Notes: generated from the sequence alone by a model not told the origin. 64,000 nucleotides of DNA from an uncultured Oscillospiraceae bacterium (GCA_964607155.1 CAZSIF010000007.1:21808-85807), one strand, 5' to 3'. Positions 53,625-63,784 are shown, counted from the first letter of the stretch. A program made the numbers and translations.

Positions 53625-53651
53625 TGGCTATCACCTCCGATGTTCGATTTT

Positions 53652-53665
53652 CGAACTTTTGTTCC
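53652..53665. promoter_or_regulatory. LexA (Cheo/SOS) box
   Basis: CGAAC-TTTT-GTTCC (GAAC-N4-GTTC), between an extended -10 (TGcTAAGAT, minus strand) and the RBS. Confidence 0.7.
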
Positions 53666-53996
53666 ATTTGTCACCATCTTAGCACAGTATCGTTGCCAAC
53701 AGTCTGTCAGTTTTTATTTATTTTCGCAGGCTTTTTTAGATTTTTTTTGTGGATTTTTGGAGACGCTTTTTGGATTGCAATGCTTTGCAACGTATCGGTG
53801 AATTTTGAGTAATCATTGCACTCGACCGATAAAAACAAAAAACATATCAAAAGAAAATAAAAAGAGAACGTATTTTGTTGAAAAATTATAGATTATTTGG
53901 TATAATATAAAAGTTATATAGATTCCGACACATTTACGCTCTCGCCCGAATGTCATTGCAGGGCGAACTAAAAATTCACAACAACAAGAGGTACAA

Positions 53997-55898
53997 ATGA
54001 AAAAGATTTGTTTGGCATTATTTACGATACTGCTATCGGCATGCTTTTTTATATCCAATATAGGCACAGGCGCAACTGCGTTTGCCGCCGATGGCGAAGT
54101 CGGCTCTAACGGCGACGTCTATTTTGTCGAGCCCGTTTCCGTTGCCGTTGTTGACGACTACTTATTTGTCGCCGACAAGGTGGACGACGGCGCAAAAAGC
54201 ATTTTGCACTGCTTCAAGTGCAGCAAGGCGGAAGACGGCAAAATCACCTTTTCGTCGGTGTTTGCTCGCGAAGACCTTGCCACCGATGGCGCCGTAATCA
54301 CCAAGCTATCGGCATCGGAGCACGCCTTTGCCCAAAGCGTCGATGGCTATGTTGGCTCGCTTTATGTCATAATAGATAGCGTGGCAACGCTGTACAACGT
54401 GCAAACTGACGGCACTCTTGCGGCAGCTGCGGACGACGCCGCCTACGCCTACACCACCATCAACAAGGAAGGGCTTGTGGACGTATGCATTGGGCAATAC
54501 ACCGATTATCTTGCGCCCTACTGCGTAACGAGCACCAATCTGTACGTTTACGACACAACGGTCACCAACCCCGACTACAAGCCGCTGTTTACGGAATCCA
54601 AAAACAACGTGACGGCTTGCTTTGCCGACAGCACCCACGTTTACTTTACGGAAAACGGCATTTGCAGACGTTACGAAGGGCGCGACCGCGGCTACATCGA
54701 CGATACGTTTAACAAAAACAATATTCAAATGACTTCCGGCAGCGCAACGGGCGTGTACACCTACGGCGACGGTAACGTTGCCATCTACGATACGCACAAT
54801 CTGCGCGGTATTGTGGATAACACCGCTGCCAGCAAGGATTTGCTGACGTTGACGGAAGTTAGCGTTATCGACGTGGCACCGAGCAAGTTTGGCGGCGTGT
54901 TCATTTTGGATAGCGAAAATCAAGTTTATCTGTACGCGCTTGGCGAAACGGCTTACGCAAAAACAGATTTTTACGTCGGCAGCGACACCGTAAGCCTCAC
55001 ACCGCCCACGACATACACGTCGTTCACGCTGGCGCAATCGGTAGGCTACCCCACCAACATCGTGTACAAAACCACCGACGGCGAGCACTCCATTGAGGGC
55101 GTAAAAAAGAATTTTAACAACACTGACTTTATCGTGCTGGGCTACGACGGCGACCAAAACTGCTCGTACTACTATGTGCTTATCGGGCAACAGTTCGGCT
55201 GGATACGCAAAACCACTGCCAACGCCACACCGAGCACCGACGAAAAAATCACCGTTATCCCCACCGAGGTGAGCGGCGACCTTAAATACCAATCCAAATT
55301 CAACTCGCTAAACACCGCCTACGTTTACGAGCTGCCCTTTGAGGCGGCAAACCAAACGACCGTAAAACAAAGCGCAACGGCAATGATAACCGTAACGCTG
55401 CTCAACAAGTTTGACCGCGACGGCATGCAATGGTACTACGTCAGCTATCCGCAAGACGAGGCGACCTGCTACGGCTTTGTTAAGGCAAATGCGTTGGGAC
55501 AGTTTGAGATTGACAAAAACGCCGCAACCGAGCTTGTTTTGCTCAAAGGCGAACGCAAAATTAACGCCAGCCTGTTTGAGGCAGTTAAGCTGTACGCCAC
55601 CGCCGATTTGACCGACGGAACGGAAATTTACAGCAACAACAAGCTGATAAAACTTTACAGCGGCGATATGGTAAGGCTTGTGCAGACGCAAAACGGCGCG
55701 GCAGAGATACTCATTTTGCGCGACGACGGCACCAGCGATTACGGTTGGGTTGCGGCAAAATACCTTATCGAAAGCGACGCAATTACGTCCAACGCCGTTG
55801 TGGGCATAGTGCTGCTGTGCGCCGCCGTGGTGCTTGCCGCAGTGCTGATTGTAGTGTTCAAACTCCGTAAAAACAAAAAACAGCACGAGCTTGATTAA
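53997..55898 (+). CDS. large secreted, membrane-anchored protein (beta-propeller-like N-terminus, SH3-like C-terminal repeats)
   Basis: signal peptide, FVEPVSVAV..LFVAD, FGWIR, WYYVSY..YGFVK, YGWV, C-terminal TM helix and basic tail. Confidence 0.65.
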   Translation: MKKICLALFTILLSACFFISNIGTGATAFAADGEVGSNGDVYFVEPVSVAVVDDYLFVADKVDDGAKSILHCFKCSKAEDGKITFSSVFAREDLATDGAVITKLSASEHAFAQSVDGYVGSLYVIIDSVATLYNVQTDGTLAAAADDAAYAYTTINKEGLVDVCIGQYTDYLAPYCVTSTNLYVYDTTVTNPDYKPLFTESKNNVTACFADSTHVYFTENGICRRYEGRDRGYIDDTFNKNNIQMTSGSATGVYTYGDGNVAIYDTHNLRGIVDNTAASKDLLTLTEVSVIDVAPSKFGGVFILDSENQVYLYALGETAYAKTDFYVGSDTVSLTPPTTYTSFTLAQSVGYPTNIVYKTTDGEHSIEGVKKNFNNTDFIVLGYDGDQNCSYYYVLIGQQFGWIRKTTANATPSTDEKITVIPTEVSGDLKYQSKFNSLNTAYVYELPFEAANQTTVKQSATAMITVTLLNKFDRDGMQWYYVSYPQDEATCYGFVKANALGQFEIDKNAATELVLLKGERKINASLFEAVKLYATADLTDGTEIYSNNKLIKLYSGDMVRLVQTQNGAAEILILRDDGTSDYGWVAAKYLIESDAITSNAVVGIVLLCAAVVLAAVLIVVFKLRKNKKQHELD

Positions 55899-55940
55899 AG
55901 CCGTGCCGCCGCGTTGCGTGCATTTAACATTAACTGTGCC

Positions 55941-56018
55941 ACCCCTTAGATTCTGCTTCGGGTGTAACCCTCGCACTGCTACGCAGTTCGACTTCGCTAC
56001 GCTCCGCTCAGAATGACA
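55941..56018 (-). repeat. repeat module A
   Basis: CCCCTTAGATTCTGC...CTCAGAATGACA. Confidence 0.9.
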
Positions 56019-56086
56019 TAGGGGACGGAAACACCAAGGGTAAATGCGTGCCACAAAGTGATTCAAAACATATAACCAAATAAACC

Positions 56087-56120
56087 AAAAGGGTTCCCTT
56101 TACACAAGGAAACCCTTTTT
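56087..56120. terminator. bidirectional terminator-like hairpin between convergent genes
   Basis: AAAAGGGTTCCCTT-tacac-AAGGAAACCCTTTTT. Confidence 0.6.
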
Positions 56121-56160
56121 CTATCTTCACAACCGCAACCATTAATCGTAGGACATCGTC

Positions 56161-56799
56161 TCACATCAACACCGCGTTATTGGCAAGCAACGGTTGCTCC
56201 ACGCCGATTTTGCTCACCGAAACTTCGTAAGCCGTGCGCGTAACAACGGCGTCGTCGTCCAGCCTTTTTTGATAGTTGCGCGATTGCACTCTGCCGCTTA
56301 TGCACACTTGCTGTCCGACGTCCAGCCCTGCCGCAAAGCGCGCATTGCGCCCCCAAACAATGCAGGGAATGTAGTCGCTTTTGTTGTACTGTCTGTTGAC
56401 GGCAACCAGCAAATCGCAAATCTCGCGGTTGAAGGGCGTTGTGCGATACACCGGCGGCTTGCAAATAAAGCCCGTCAGCTCCATAGTGTTGGGGTTGATT
56501 GTGTCGTCATAGGGCAAAATATCTCGCACAAAAACGGTCAGCATAAGCTTGCTTTTGTCCTCAACGAGCTTGTTGTAGCTCCTAAACTGCCCACGCACCG
56601 TAACAAGACTGCCGTTAAAAATTCTGTCGGAAAATAGGTGCTCGGAAACGGATATGGGCAAAACGTCCTCCTGTCCGCTAAGCCGCTTAACCGCAAGCGA
56701 AACCTCGTAAAAACGTTCGCCAAAAATCTCGTGCGAAAAGCACGGCTCTCCCACAACTCTGCCTGATAACACCACACTGTTGTTTTGTGCATTAATCAT
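56161..56799 (-). CDS. ssb: single-stranded DNA-binding protein with two OB folds
   Basis: NSVVLSG..RLSG.ED..GQFRSYN, then LTGFICKPP.YRTTP..SDYIPCIVWGRNA..GRVQSR.Y; AAGGAG RBS. Confidence 0.85.
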   Translation of the reverse strand: MINAQNNSVVLSGRVVGEPCFSHEIFGERFYEVSLAVKRLSGQEDVLPISVSEHLFSDRIFNGSLVTVRGQFRSYNKLVEDKSKLMLTVFVRDILPYDDTINPNTMELTGFICKPPVYRTTPFNREICDLLVAVNRQYNKSDYIPCIVWGRNARFAAGLDVGQQVCISGRVQSRNYQKRLDDDAVVTRTAYEVSVSKIGVEQPLLANNAVLM

Positions 56800-57038
56800 A
56801 ATGTACTCCTTTGATTTTTTATTTAAGAAGCTTTTTACCCCTGTTTGAAGTGGCAAAAACTTCTCCGTTTATTTTCTTATTTATCCCCTAATTAACGCTT
56901 TTTAGCAAATTATGCGTGTAATAGTATTATGTACATCTCGTTTTTCTGATATAATTTGCCCATTTTATACGCAAAATGTGCCCATTAACGCACCAATTCT
57001 TTGAACACACAAAATGCTTTTCACCGTAACACCGCCGC

Positions 57039-57776
57039 CTACCCCACCGCACGCAAAATCTGCTTTCCGCCGCTATCGATATAGTAATCGGATTTGTAAA
57101 TCATTTCACCAATCGAGCAGGCAGTCAACCCCTTTAAGCGCAACGCTTCGAGCATCAGCGGCAACGCTTCCACAATGTGGTCGCTGTTGTTGTGGCACAA
57201 AATGATATCGCCCGATTGCGCCTTTTGCACACGCTCGGCAATTTGCGATGCGGAAAGCCCCTTCCAATCGAGGCTATCCACGCTCCACTGGATTGTGTAC
57301 AGCCCAAGCTCGCCCGCCACCGTCAGCAGCCTATTGTCGTAGTCGCCAAATGGCGCGCGAAACAACGTTATCGGTTGCGCCGTCAGCTCAAAAATCTTTT
57401 TGCTGCTGTCAACAAGTTGCGCCTTCATTTCGTCGGCGGAAAGCTTGCTCATTTGCGGATGAGTTTGGCTGTGAGTGCCAATCTCAAAACCGCGCAAGGC
57501 AATTTGGCGCGTGACGGACGGATATTTATCCACCCAAAAGCCGACCAAAAAGAAGGTTGCCTTTACGCCGTATTGCTCGCAGATATCCATAATTTGCGTT
57601 GTTTTATCTGCGCCCCACGCCGCGTCGAAACTAATGCCCACAAGCCCGTCGGAGCGGTCGACGCAGTAAATTGGCACGAGCCGATTTTTTGCAAACGCCT
57701 GCGAATACGCGCCCATTCCGCACACAAGCATTGCGCAAATTATCAGCACGGCAGTTGCCGCAACGGATATTTTCAA
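57039..57776 (-). CDS. polysaccharide deacetylase (CE4, PdaB-like)
   Basis: ISFDAAWG, ATFFLVG.W, HSQTHP, FRAPFG, WSVDSLDW, GDIILCH. Confidence 0.88.
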   Translation of the reverse strand: MKISVAATAVLIICAMLVCGMGAYSQAFAKNRLVPIYCVDRSDGLVGISFDAAWGADKTTQIMDICEQYGVKATFFLVGFWVDKYPSVTRQIALRGFEIGTHSQTHPQMSKLSADEMKAQLVDSSKKIFELTAQPITLFRAPFGDYDNRLLTVAGELGLYTIQWSVDSLDWKGLSASQIAERVQKAQSGDIILCHNNSDHIVEALPLMLEALRLKGLTACSIGEMIYKSDYYIDSGGKQILRAVG

Positions 57777-57912
57777 ACCAATTCTCCAATGCCGTTTAGA
57801 TTTATTTTAACCCGACGCCGCCCCAAAATATTTGACAAGCTTTGTCGAACAAACACTGATTTTGCGCCTTTTGCCCACGGTTGACGTTGCACTTCCCCTC
57901 CAACCGCCCTAA

Positions 57913-58202
57913 TGTCATTCTGAGCGGAGCGTAGCGAAGTCGAACTGCGTAGCAGTGCGAGGGTTCACCCCGAAGCAGAATCTAAGGGGCGTTAATCGAT
58001 TAAGCAAATTATCACAATCCATCAATATGGATATCATAATTGCAACAATCCCTCAGGCGGCTACGCCACCAGCTCCCTTTACACAAGGGAGCCTATCGAA
58101 CAACACAAATACCTTGACGAAAAAGCATATATTAGATCCCGATGCTACCGTATCGCCCTGACGGGTTCGACTACGAGCATTCGCCCTTCGCTCAGGATGA
58201 CA
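57913..58202 (+). repeat. A-C-B composite, near-identical to 58857-59148
   Basis: modules and spacers match the copy on the other side of tRNA-Asn. Confidence 0.9.
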
Positions 58203-58330
58203 CACCATCTAAGGGGCAGCACAGAAACAATATATTTTATGCAATTCAAAATAGCAATAGCACCCCCAACCGCCACGCCGCAAGGGCAAAAAAAATGTAA
58301 AAAAAATATAAAAAAACTTTCGTAAAATAT

Positions 58331-58359
58331 TTGACAAATACGTCTTGTAGTGGTAATCT
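58331..58359 (+). promoter_or_regulatory. sigma-A promoter of tRNA-Asn
   Basis: TTGACA-17 bp-TAATCT with a TG extension. Confidence 0.7.
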
Positions 58360-58391
58360 ATATAGGCAATGTGAATTGCGCAAATAAATAT

Positions 58392-58467
58392 TCCTCTATA
58401 GCTCAGTCGGTAGAGCATGCGGCTGTTAACCGCAGGGTCGTTGGTTCGAGTCCAACTGGGGGAGCCA
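58392..58467 (+). tRNA. tRNA-Asn (GTT)
   Basis: 76-nt cloverleaf TCCTCTATAGCTCAGTCGGTAGAGC...CTGTTAA...GGTTCGAGTCC...GGGGGAGCCA. Confidence 0.97.
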
Positions 58468-58468
58468 A

Positions 58469-58501
58469 AAAAAGCACACTTAGTTTTAAGTGTGCTTTTT
58501 T
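58469..58501 (+). terminator. intrinsic terminator after the tRNA
   Basis: AAAAGCACACTTA-gttt-TAAGTGTGCTTTTT. Confidence 0.85.
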
Positions 58502-58772
58502 GTTAAATAGATCCTTTTTGTTAAATAAATCCTTGCGGATTCGTGAAATTTGCTTTGCAAGTGTACGTCAGACGTGTGAAATGCCCCCTTGGGGCGTGAG
58601 TGGTTGGAAAAATTGCTTCACGCCACCGATTTGCCACAGACAAAAAAGTCTACCTTGTGTAAATGGAGCATTTTTATTGCGATTGCCATAAACCACCGCC
58701 CCTTGTTCACGCCAACCGCCCATTTGTCCTTATGCGGTCAAAGGACATATAACAAAAAATCTTACGCATTTT

Positions 58773-59233
58773 GTAGGGCGGGGGCTTGCTCCCGCCACAT
58801 ATCCTCAGTACACAAAAATTCCTTTATATAATGTCAAACAACCGCACCGCTCCCTTATGTCATTCTGAGCGGAGCGCAAGCGAAGTCGAACTGCGCAGCA
58901 GTGCGAGGGTTCACCCCGAAGCAGAATCTAAGGGGCGTTAATCGGTTAATATAATTATCACAATCCATCAATATGGATATCATAATTGCAACAATCCCTC
59001 AGGCGGCTACGCCACCAGCTCCCTTTACACAAGGGAGCCTATCGAACAACACAAATACCTTGACGAAAAAGCATATATTAGATCCCGATGCTACCGCATC
59101 GCCCTGACGGGTTCGACTACGGGCATTCGCCCTTCGCTCAGGATGACACAAAAAATACTCTTTTATTGCAAATCACTAATACTTCATCACAAAGATAATG
59201 TGTATAAACGTAGGGCGGGAGCTTGCTCCCGCC
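58773..59233 (+). repeat. D, A-C-B, D composite
   Basis: GTAGGGCGGG..CTTGCTCCCGCC at ~58773 and ~59210 flanking A-C-B. Confidence 0.9.
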
Positions 59234-59295
59234 GTCAAACCGCCTAAAAATAAATTGCATTACCAACGCAGCCCAATATTCCGCTCCGCCCCCAC

Positions 59296-60126
59296 CTAAA
59301 ACTTCAACTTAAACCCCATCACTTCGCGCAGCCAGTTTGCCGAAAGCTCAATCCAATGTTCGGCGCAGGGGTTAACGTAGCCGGTATCCTCGGTGCAAAT
59401 GGACAGCCCGTGGTCGCCCTCGTCAAAAACGTGCAGCTCAAAGCGGACGTTATTCTTCAAGCAGGCAACGGCATAGTCAAGCGAGTTGCTAACCGGCACA
59501 ACGCTATCCATGCGAGTATGCCAAATAAACGCCGGCGCCGTGTTTGGCGTAACCGCCTTTGCCGGATCGAGCAAGGTCAGCGGCAGCCTTCCGTGGTCGG
59601 TTACCACTTCAAACGTGCGAAGGTGCGTGTTACCGTTATCGTTGCTAACAACGGCGTAGCTCAAAATTACAGCCGTCGGGCGCAGCAAATGCTTGTATTG
59701 TGGCAAAAGCTCGGCAATCTGCGTGTGAGCGTCCACATTGGCAAGGGTTGCGCACAGATGTCCTCCGGCGGAAAACCCCACCGCCGCAACGTGTTGCGGA
59801 TCCACACAAAGCTCCTCTGCATTGATACGGATATACGCCATAGCCATGCTTGCTTCCAACAGCTCCGTCGGATAGCAGGTGTTAACGGTATAGTTCAGCA
59901 CAAACGCCGAGTATCCCCTTGCAAGCCACTGCATAGCCACGGGGTCGCCCTCGCGGTAAGAAACATATTCGTAGCCGCCACCGGGCAAAACAAGCATTGC
60001 CGGACGAAGCATAGTTGCAGGGTCTTCCTCGTTGCGTTTGCGAGCGTACACCGTCAGAATGCCCCTGCCGCCCTCGGGCTTTTTAAGGTTGAAAAACTCA
60101 TACAAATCCACATTTGTGCAATACAT
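59296..60126 (-). CDS. alpha/beta hydrolase (acetyl esterase/BD-FAE-like)
   Basis: PGGGY oxyanion loop, GFSAGG nucleophile, WHT..DSVV, GDHGL; RBS before the ATG at 60126. Confidence 0.88.
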   Translation of the reverse strand: MYCTNVDLYEFFNLKKPEGGRGILTVYARKRNEEDPATMLRPAMLVLPGGGYEYVSYREGDPVAMQWLARGYSAFVLNYTVNTCYPTELLEASMAMAYIRINAEELCVDPQHVAAVGFSAGGHLCATLANVDAHTQIAELLPQYKHLLRPTAVILSYAVVSNDNGNTHLRTFEVVTDHGRLPLTLLDPAKAVTPNTAPAFIWHTRMDSVVPVSNSLDYAVACLKNNVRFELHVFDEGDHGLSICTEDTGYVNPCAEHWIELSANWLREVMGFKLKF

Positions 60127-60417
60127 AATAACTCTCCTATTAAACCGATAGCGTTCCTTGGTTTTTGCACGAGCACACACAGCCCACGCGCGCCACGGCT
60201 TGATAAGATTATTATATCGCACGCACCGTAAAAGTCAACAGAATTGGATAAAAAATCAACTTGTTCGCCACAACCGCCCCCTTGTTCACACCAACTGCCC
60301 CCAATGTCATCATTATACAAAAATCATCTTCTTATTGTAATAAGTAACGGTTCGCACGATGTCATATGCCACAGGAAAGATATTTTATATAATTTCACTC
60401 CACCGTTCCGCCCCCTA

Positions 60418-60597
60418 TGTCATTCTGAGCGGAGCGCAAGCGAAGTCGAACTGCGCAGCAGTGCGAGGGTTCACCCCGAAGCAGAATCTAAGGGGCGACA
60501 CAGGAAAAATACATTTGAGTATAAAGAAGTAGATCCCGATGCTACCGCATCGCCCTACGGGTTCGACTGCGTGCTGCGCACGCCGCTCAGGATGACA
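60418..60597 (+). repeat. A-B composite
   Basis: same modules. Confidence 0.9.
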
Positions 60598-60789
60598 ACT
60601 AAAAACGACTTCTCCCCAAAAATTTTGCCACTGCAACAACCGCATACAACATCAAGCCAAATTATAAACCAAAAAAGATTTTATAAAAAAAATATAAAAA
60701 ATTACCGCTTTTACCATCAAATTAGTTGCAATAAACATATAATAAGTGGTAAAATAATATGTAAATAATATCGCTGTATAATCCACCGC

Positions 60790-61005
60790 AGACACGAACA
60801 AGCAAATAACAATCACCGCAACTCGCCCACTGCGCCGAACAATCAAACAAAATCTCCGCAACTGGACAACTGCACCGAATGCGCAAATAGCAATCATACA
60901 ACTCGGCACTGCGCCAAACAATCAAATAAAACTGCACAAGTTCGGCAACCGCGCCGAATAAGCAAAAATTATCGCCATATACATTCGACCACAAGCCGAA
61001 TAATA
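60790..61005. repeat. degenerate ~40-bp tandem repeat, about 5 copies, upstream of nadE
   Basis: CAACTSG..ACTGCRCCGAA-type cores at ~60819, 60859, 60899, 60937, 60982. Confidence 0.7.
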
Positions 61006-61024
61006 ATAAAAATCGAGGCAAGCA

Positions 61025-63142
61025 ATGACCACAACACAAATAGTCAAAAAGCTAAATCAACTAAAAAAATCGCAAGGAATCACCCTTGCCGAGCTTTCGC
61101 AAAAAAGCGGCATATCGCAGGGCACCGTCAACAAGATAATGTGCGGCGGCTCAAAAACCATTCGTGCGGACAAGCTTGATGCGCTTGCCAAAGCACTCGG
61201 CGCAACCACGGCAGACTTGCAAACGCCCACGTCAAGCTCACCGCTCGGCATAATTTCCGTTGCGTGCATTTCGCCCGAGGTTCGCGTGTGCGACGTTGCC
61301 TTTAACTGCAACCAGATAATCCAACGCGCCAAGCAAGCTGCGCAAGATGGCATAAAGCTTGCGCTTTTCCCCGAGCTGTGCGTCACGGGCTACTGCTGCG
61401 ACGACCTGTTCTTTCAGGGCACACTGCGCAAGGCGGCGCTTGACGGCTTAAAGCTTATCGCCGACGAACTATCCGATACAGACATCATCACGGTTGTTGG
61501 CTTGCCCATCAACGACGCTTGCGGAAGCCTTTACAATGTTGCCGCCGTGCTGCACAAAGGCAAGGTGCTTGGCATTGTGCCCAAATCCTATCTGCCCAAC
61601 TACAACGAGTTTTACGAAAAGCGCATTTTTACGCCGGCATTTGAGGGCAACACCACCATACAGCTTTTCGGCGACACGGTACCGTTTGGCACAAAACTGA
61701 TTTTTGCCGACGCGCTCTACCCCGATTTTAGGTTTGCCATCGAAATTTGCGAGGACGTTTGGGTGGCGGAAAGCCCGTCGTACAAGCATGCGGAGGCGGG
61801 CGCAACGGTTATACTTAACCTATCGGCAAGCAACGAAACGGTCTGCAAAGCCGATTACCGCCGCAAAATGTTGGAAATTCAGTCCGGCAAAACCTGCTCG
61901 ATTTATATGTACGCGTCCTCCGCGCCGTCGGAATCCACATCGTCAACGGTATTTTCCGCACACAATATTATTTGCGAAAACGGCGAGCTGCTTGCCGAGG
62001 CAGAACCCTTTACCGACGGCTACGCACGCGCGGAAATCGACGTGGATTTTATCGCCAACGAACGCACTCGCCTTAAAACCAAACAGACGCACGACTACGT
62101 TACCGTGTCCTTTAACCAACCGACCGAGGGCAAGCTTTTGCGCGTATACGATCCGTCGCCCTTTGTTCCGCAAAATGCCCAAGAACGCGCAACTCGTTGC
62201 GAGCGTGCAATGACAATACTGGCATACGGACTTAAAAAACGCGTCGAACACACCCACGCAAACAAACTGGTTATCGGCGTATCGGGCGGAACGGACAGCG
62301 CGCTTGCACTGTTGACATCGGCAAACGCACTAAAACTGCTAAAACGCGATGCGACGGACATCATTTCCGTAATTATGCCCTGCTTTGGCACCACCGACCG
62401 CACACGCGGCAACGCGCACAAACTTGCGGAAGCGTTGGGCACAACCATACGCGAAGTGGATATCAGCAAGGCGGTAACGCAGCATTTGGCGGATATCGGG
62501 CACGACATAACAATTACGGATACCACCTACGAAAACGCACAGGCGCGCGAACGCACACAGGTGCTTATGGATATTGCAAATCAGGTTGGCGGCTTGGTTA
62601 TCGGCACGGGGGATATGTCGGAACTGGCACTGGGCTGGGCGACCTATAACGGCGACCATATGTCCATGTACGGCGCAAACGCAGGCGTGCCCAAAACTCT
62701 TGTGCGTGCACTGCTGCAACACCGCGCGACTAAAAACGACGCAACGGGCAAGGTGCTAAAAGATATAATTGCCACGCCCATCAGCCCCGAGCTGCTGCCC
62801 CCCAAGGAAAACGAAATCAAGCAGGTGACGGAAGATATCGTTGGACCGTACGACTTGCACGACTACTTTTTGTTTATGCTTGTACGCAAAGGCTTTACGC
62901 CGGCAAAGATATACGCACTGGCACAAAAGAGTTTTGACGGCGTGTACGATAAGGACACCATCTACAAATGGTTGCGCGTATTTATACGCAGATTTTTCTC
63001 GCAACAGTTCAAGCGTTCTTGCTCGCCGGATAGCGTAAAACTCGGCTCGGTGGATATATCCAAGTACGGACATCGCATGCCGTCGGACGGCTGTGCCGAA
63101 AATTGGCTCGCCGACCTTGATAAAGCATATAACAACCAGTAA
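61025..63142 (+). CDS. nadE: glutamine-dependent NAD+ synthetase with N-terminal XRE HTH domain
   Basis: aa 1-66 XRE HTH; nitrilase triad (FPEL, PK.YLPNY.EFYEKR, EICED); synthetase GVSGGTDS, ENAQARER, GTGDMSE, QQFKRS. Confidence 0.92.
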   Translation: MTTTQIVKKLNQLKKSQGITLAELSQKSGISQGTVNKIMCGGSKTIRADKLDALAKALGATTADLQTPTSSSPLGIISVACISPEVRVCDVAFNCNQIIQRAKQAAQDGIKLALFPELCVTGYCCDDLFFQGTLRKAALDGLKLIADELSDTDIITVVGLPINDACGSLYNVAAVLHKGKVLGIVPKSYLPNYNEFYEKRIFTPAFEGNTTIQLFGDTVPFGTKLIFADALYPDFRFAIEICEDVWVAESPSYKHAEAGATVILNLSASNETVCKADYRRKMLEIQSGKTCSIYMYASSAPSESTSSTVFSAHNIICENGELLAEAEPFTDGYARAEIDVDFIANERTRLKTKQTHDYVTVSFNQPTEGKLLRVYDPSPFVPQNAQERATRCERAMTILAYGLKKRVEHTHANKLVIGVSGGTDSALALLTSANALKLLKRDATDIISVIMPCFGTTDRTRGNAHKLAEALGTTIREVDISKAVTQHLADIGHDITITDTTYENAQARERTQVLMDIANQVGGLVIGTGDMSELALGWATYNGDHMSMYGANAGVPKTLVRALLQHRATKNDATGKVLKDIIATPISPELLPPKENEIKQVTEDIVGPYDLHDYFLFMLVRKGFTPAKIYALAQKSFDGVYDKDTIYKWLRVFIRRFFSQQFKRSCSPDSVKLGSVDISKYGHRMPSDGCAENWLADLDKAYNNQ

Positions 63143-63358
63143 AGCGCATTAAATATGCTTTAATGTGACGTTTAGCAAATAAAATGGACAGCTAATCCGT
63201 ACTGAACGCAATTTTTGCATAGTCTGGATTTACTATATATTTTCACATTAAGCTGTTGAATTGTTACAAAAGCCTTCCTTGTATAAATGGAGCCTATACA
63301 ATGCTTGCTGCAAAACACTCGCAAAGCCCCTGCAATGTAAATAATGCAATCCGCCCCA

Positions 63359-63784
63359 AGCCTCCCTTGTGAAAAGGGCGTTTTATTGAGGGATTGTTAC
63401 AACTACGCAATCCGCCCCAAGCCTCCCTTGTGTAAAGGGAGGTGTCGCGGAACGTGACGGAGGGATTGTTCTATTAAACATATCCATAAGTTCATGTGTC
63501 ATCCTGAGCGCAGGACGATAGCTGTACATTGAATACCAATGTTAAATGGCGTGTAATCAAAGCGTACTGCTGATTTGAACAAACCAAAGACACAATTACA
63601 GTGTCATCCTGAGCGTAGGGCGGTAGCCCGTAGTCGAACCCGTAGGGCGATGCGTAAGCATCGGGATCTACTAAATACTGCCACAAATCTTTGCGTTATA
63701 CAAAACCGCCCCTTAGATTCTGCTCGGTTGCCACCTCGCACTGCTGCGCAGTTCGACTTCGCTTGCGCTCCGCTCAGAATGACA
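63359..63784 (-). repeat. composite repeat cluster (A-B, B tail, C, partial C)
   Basis: same modules on the minus strand. Confidence 0.9.

Noticed and set aside
56161-56799. Double-OB-fold SSB as a novelty or as part of the phage cluster
   Set aside because: Two-OB SSB/PriB-like proteins are common chromosomal genes in Clostridia
39896-58467. Complete prophage integrated at tRNA-Asn
   Set aside because: No integrase and no duplicated tRNA 3' end seen; host-type genes lie between the cluster and the tRNA
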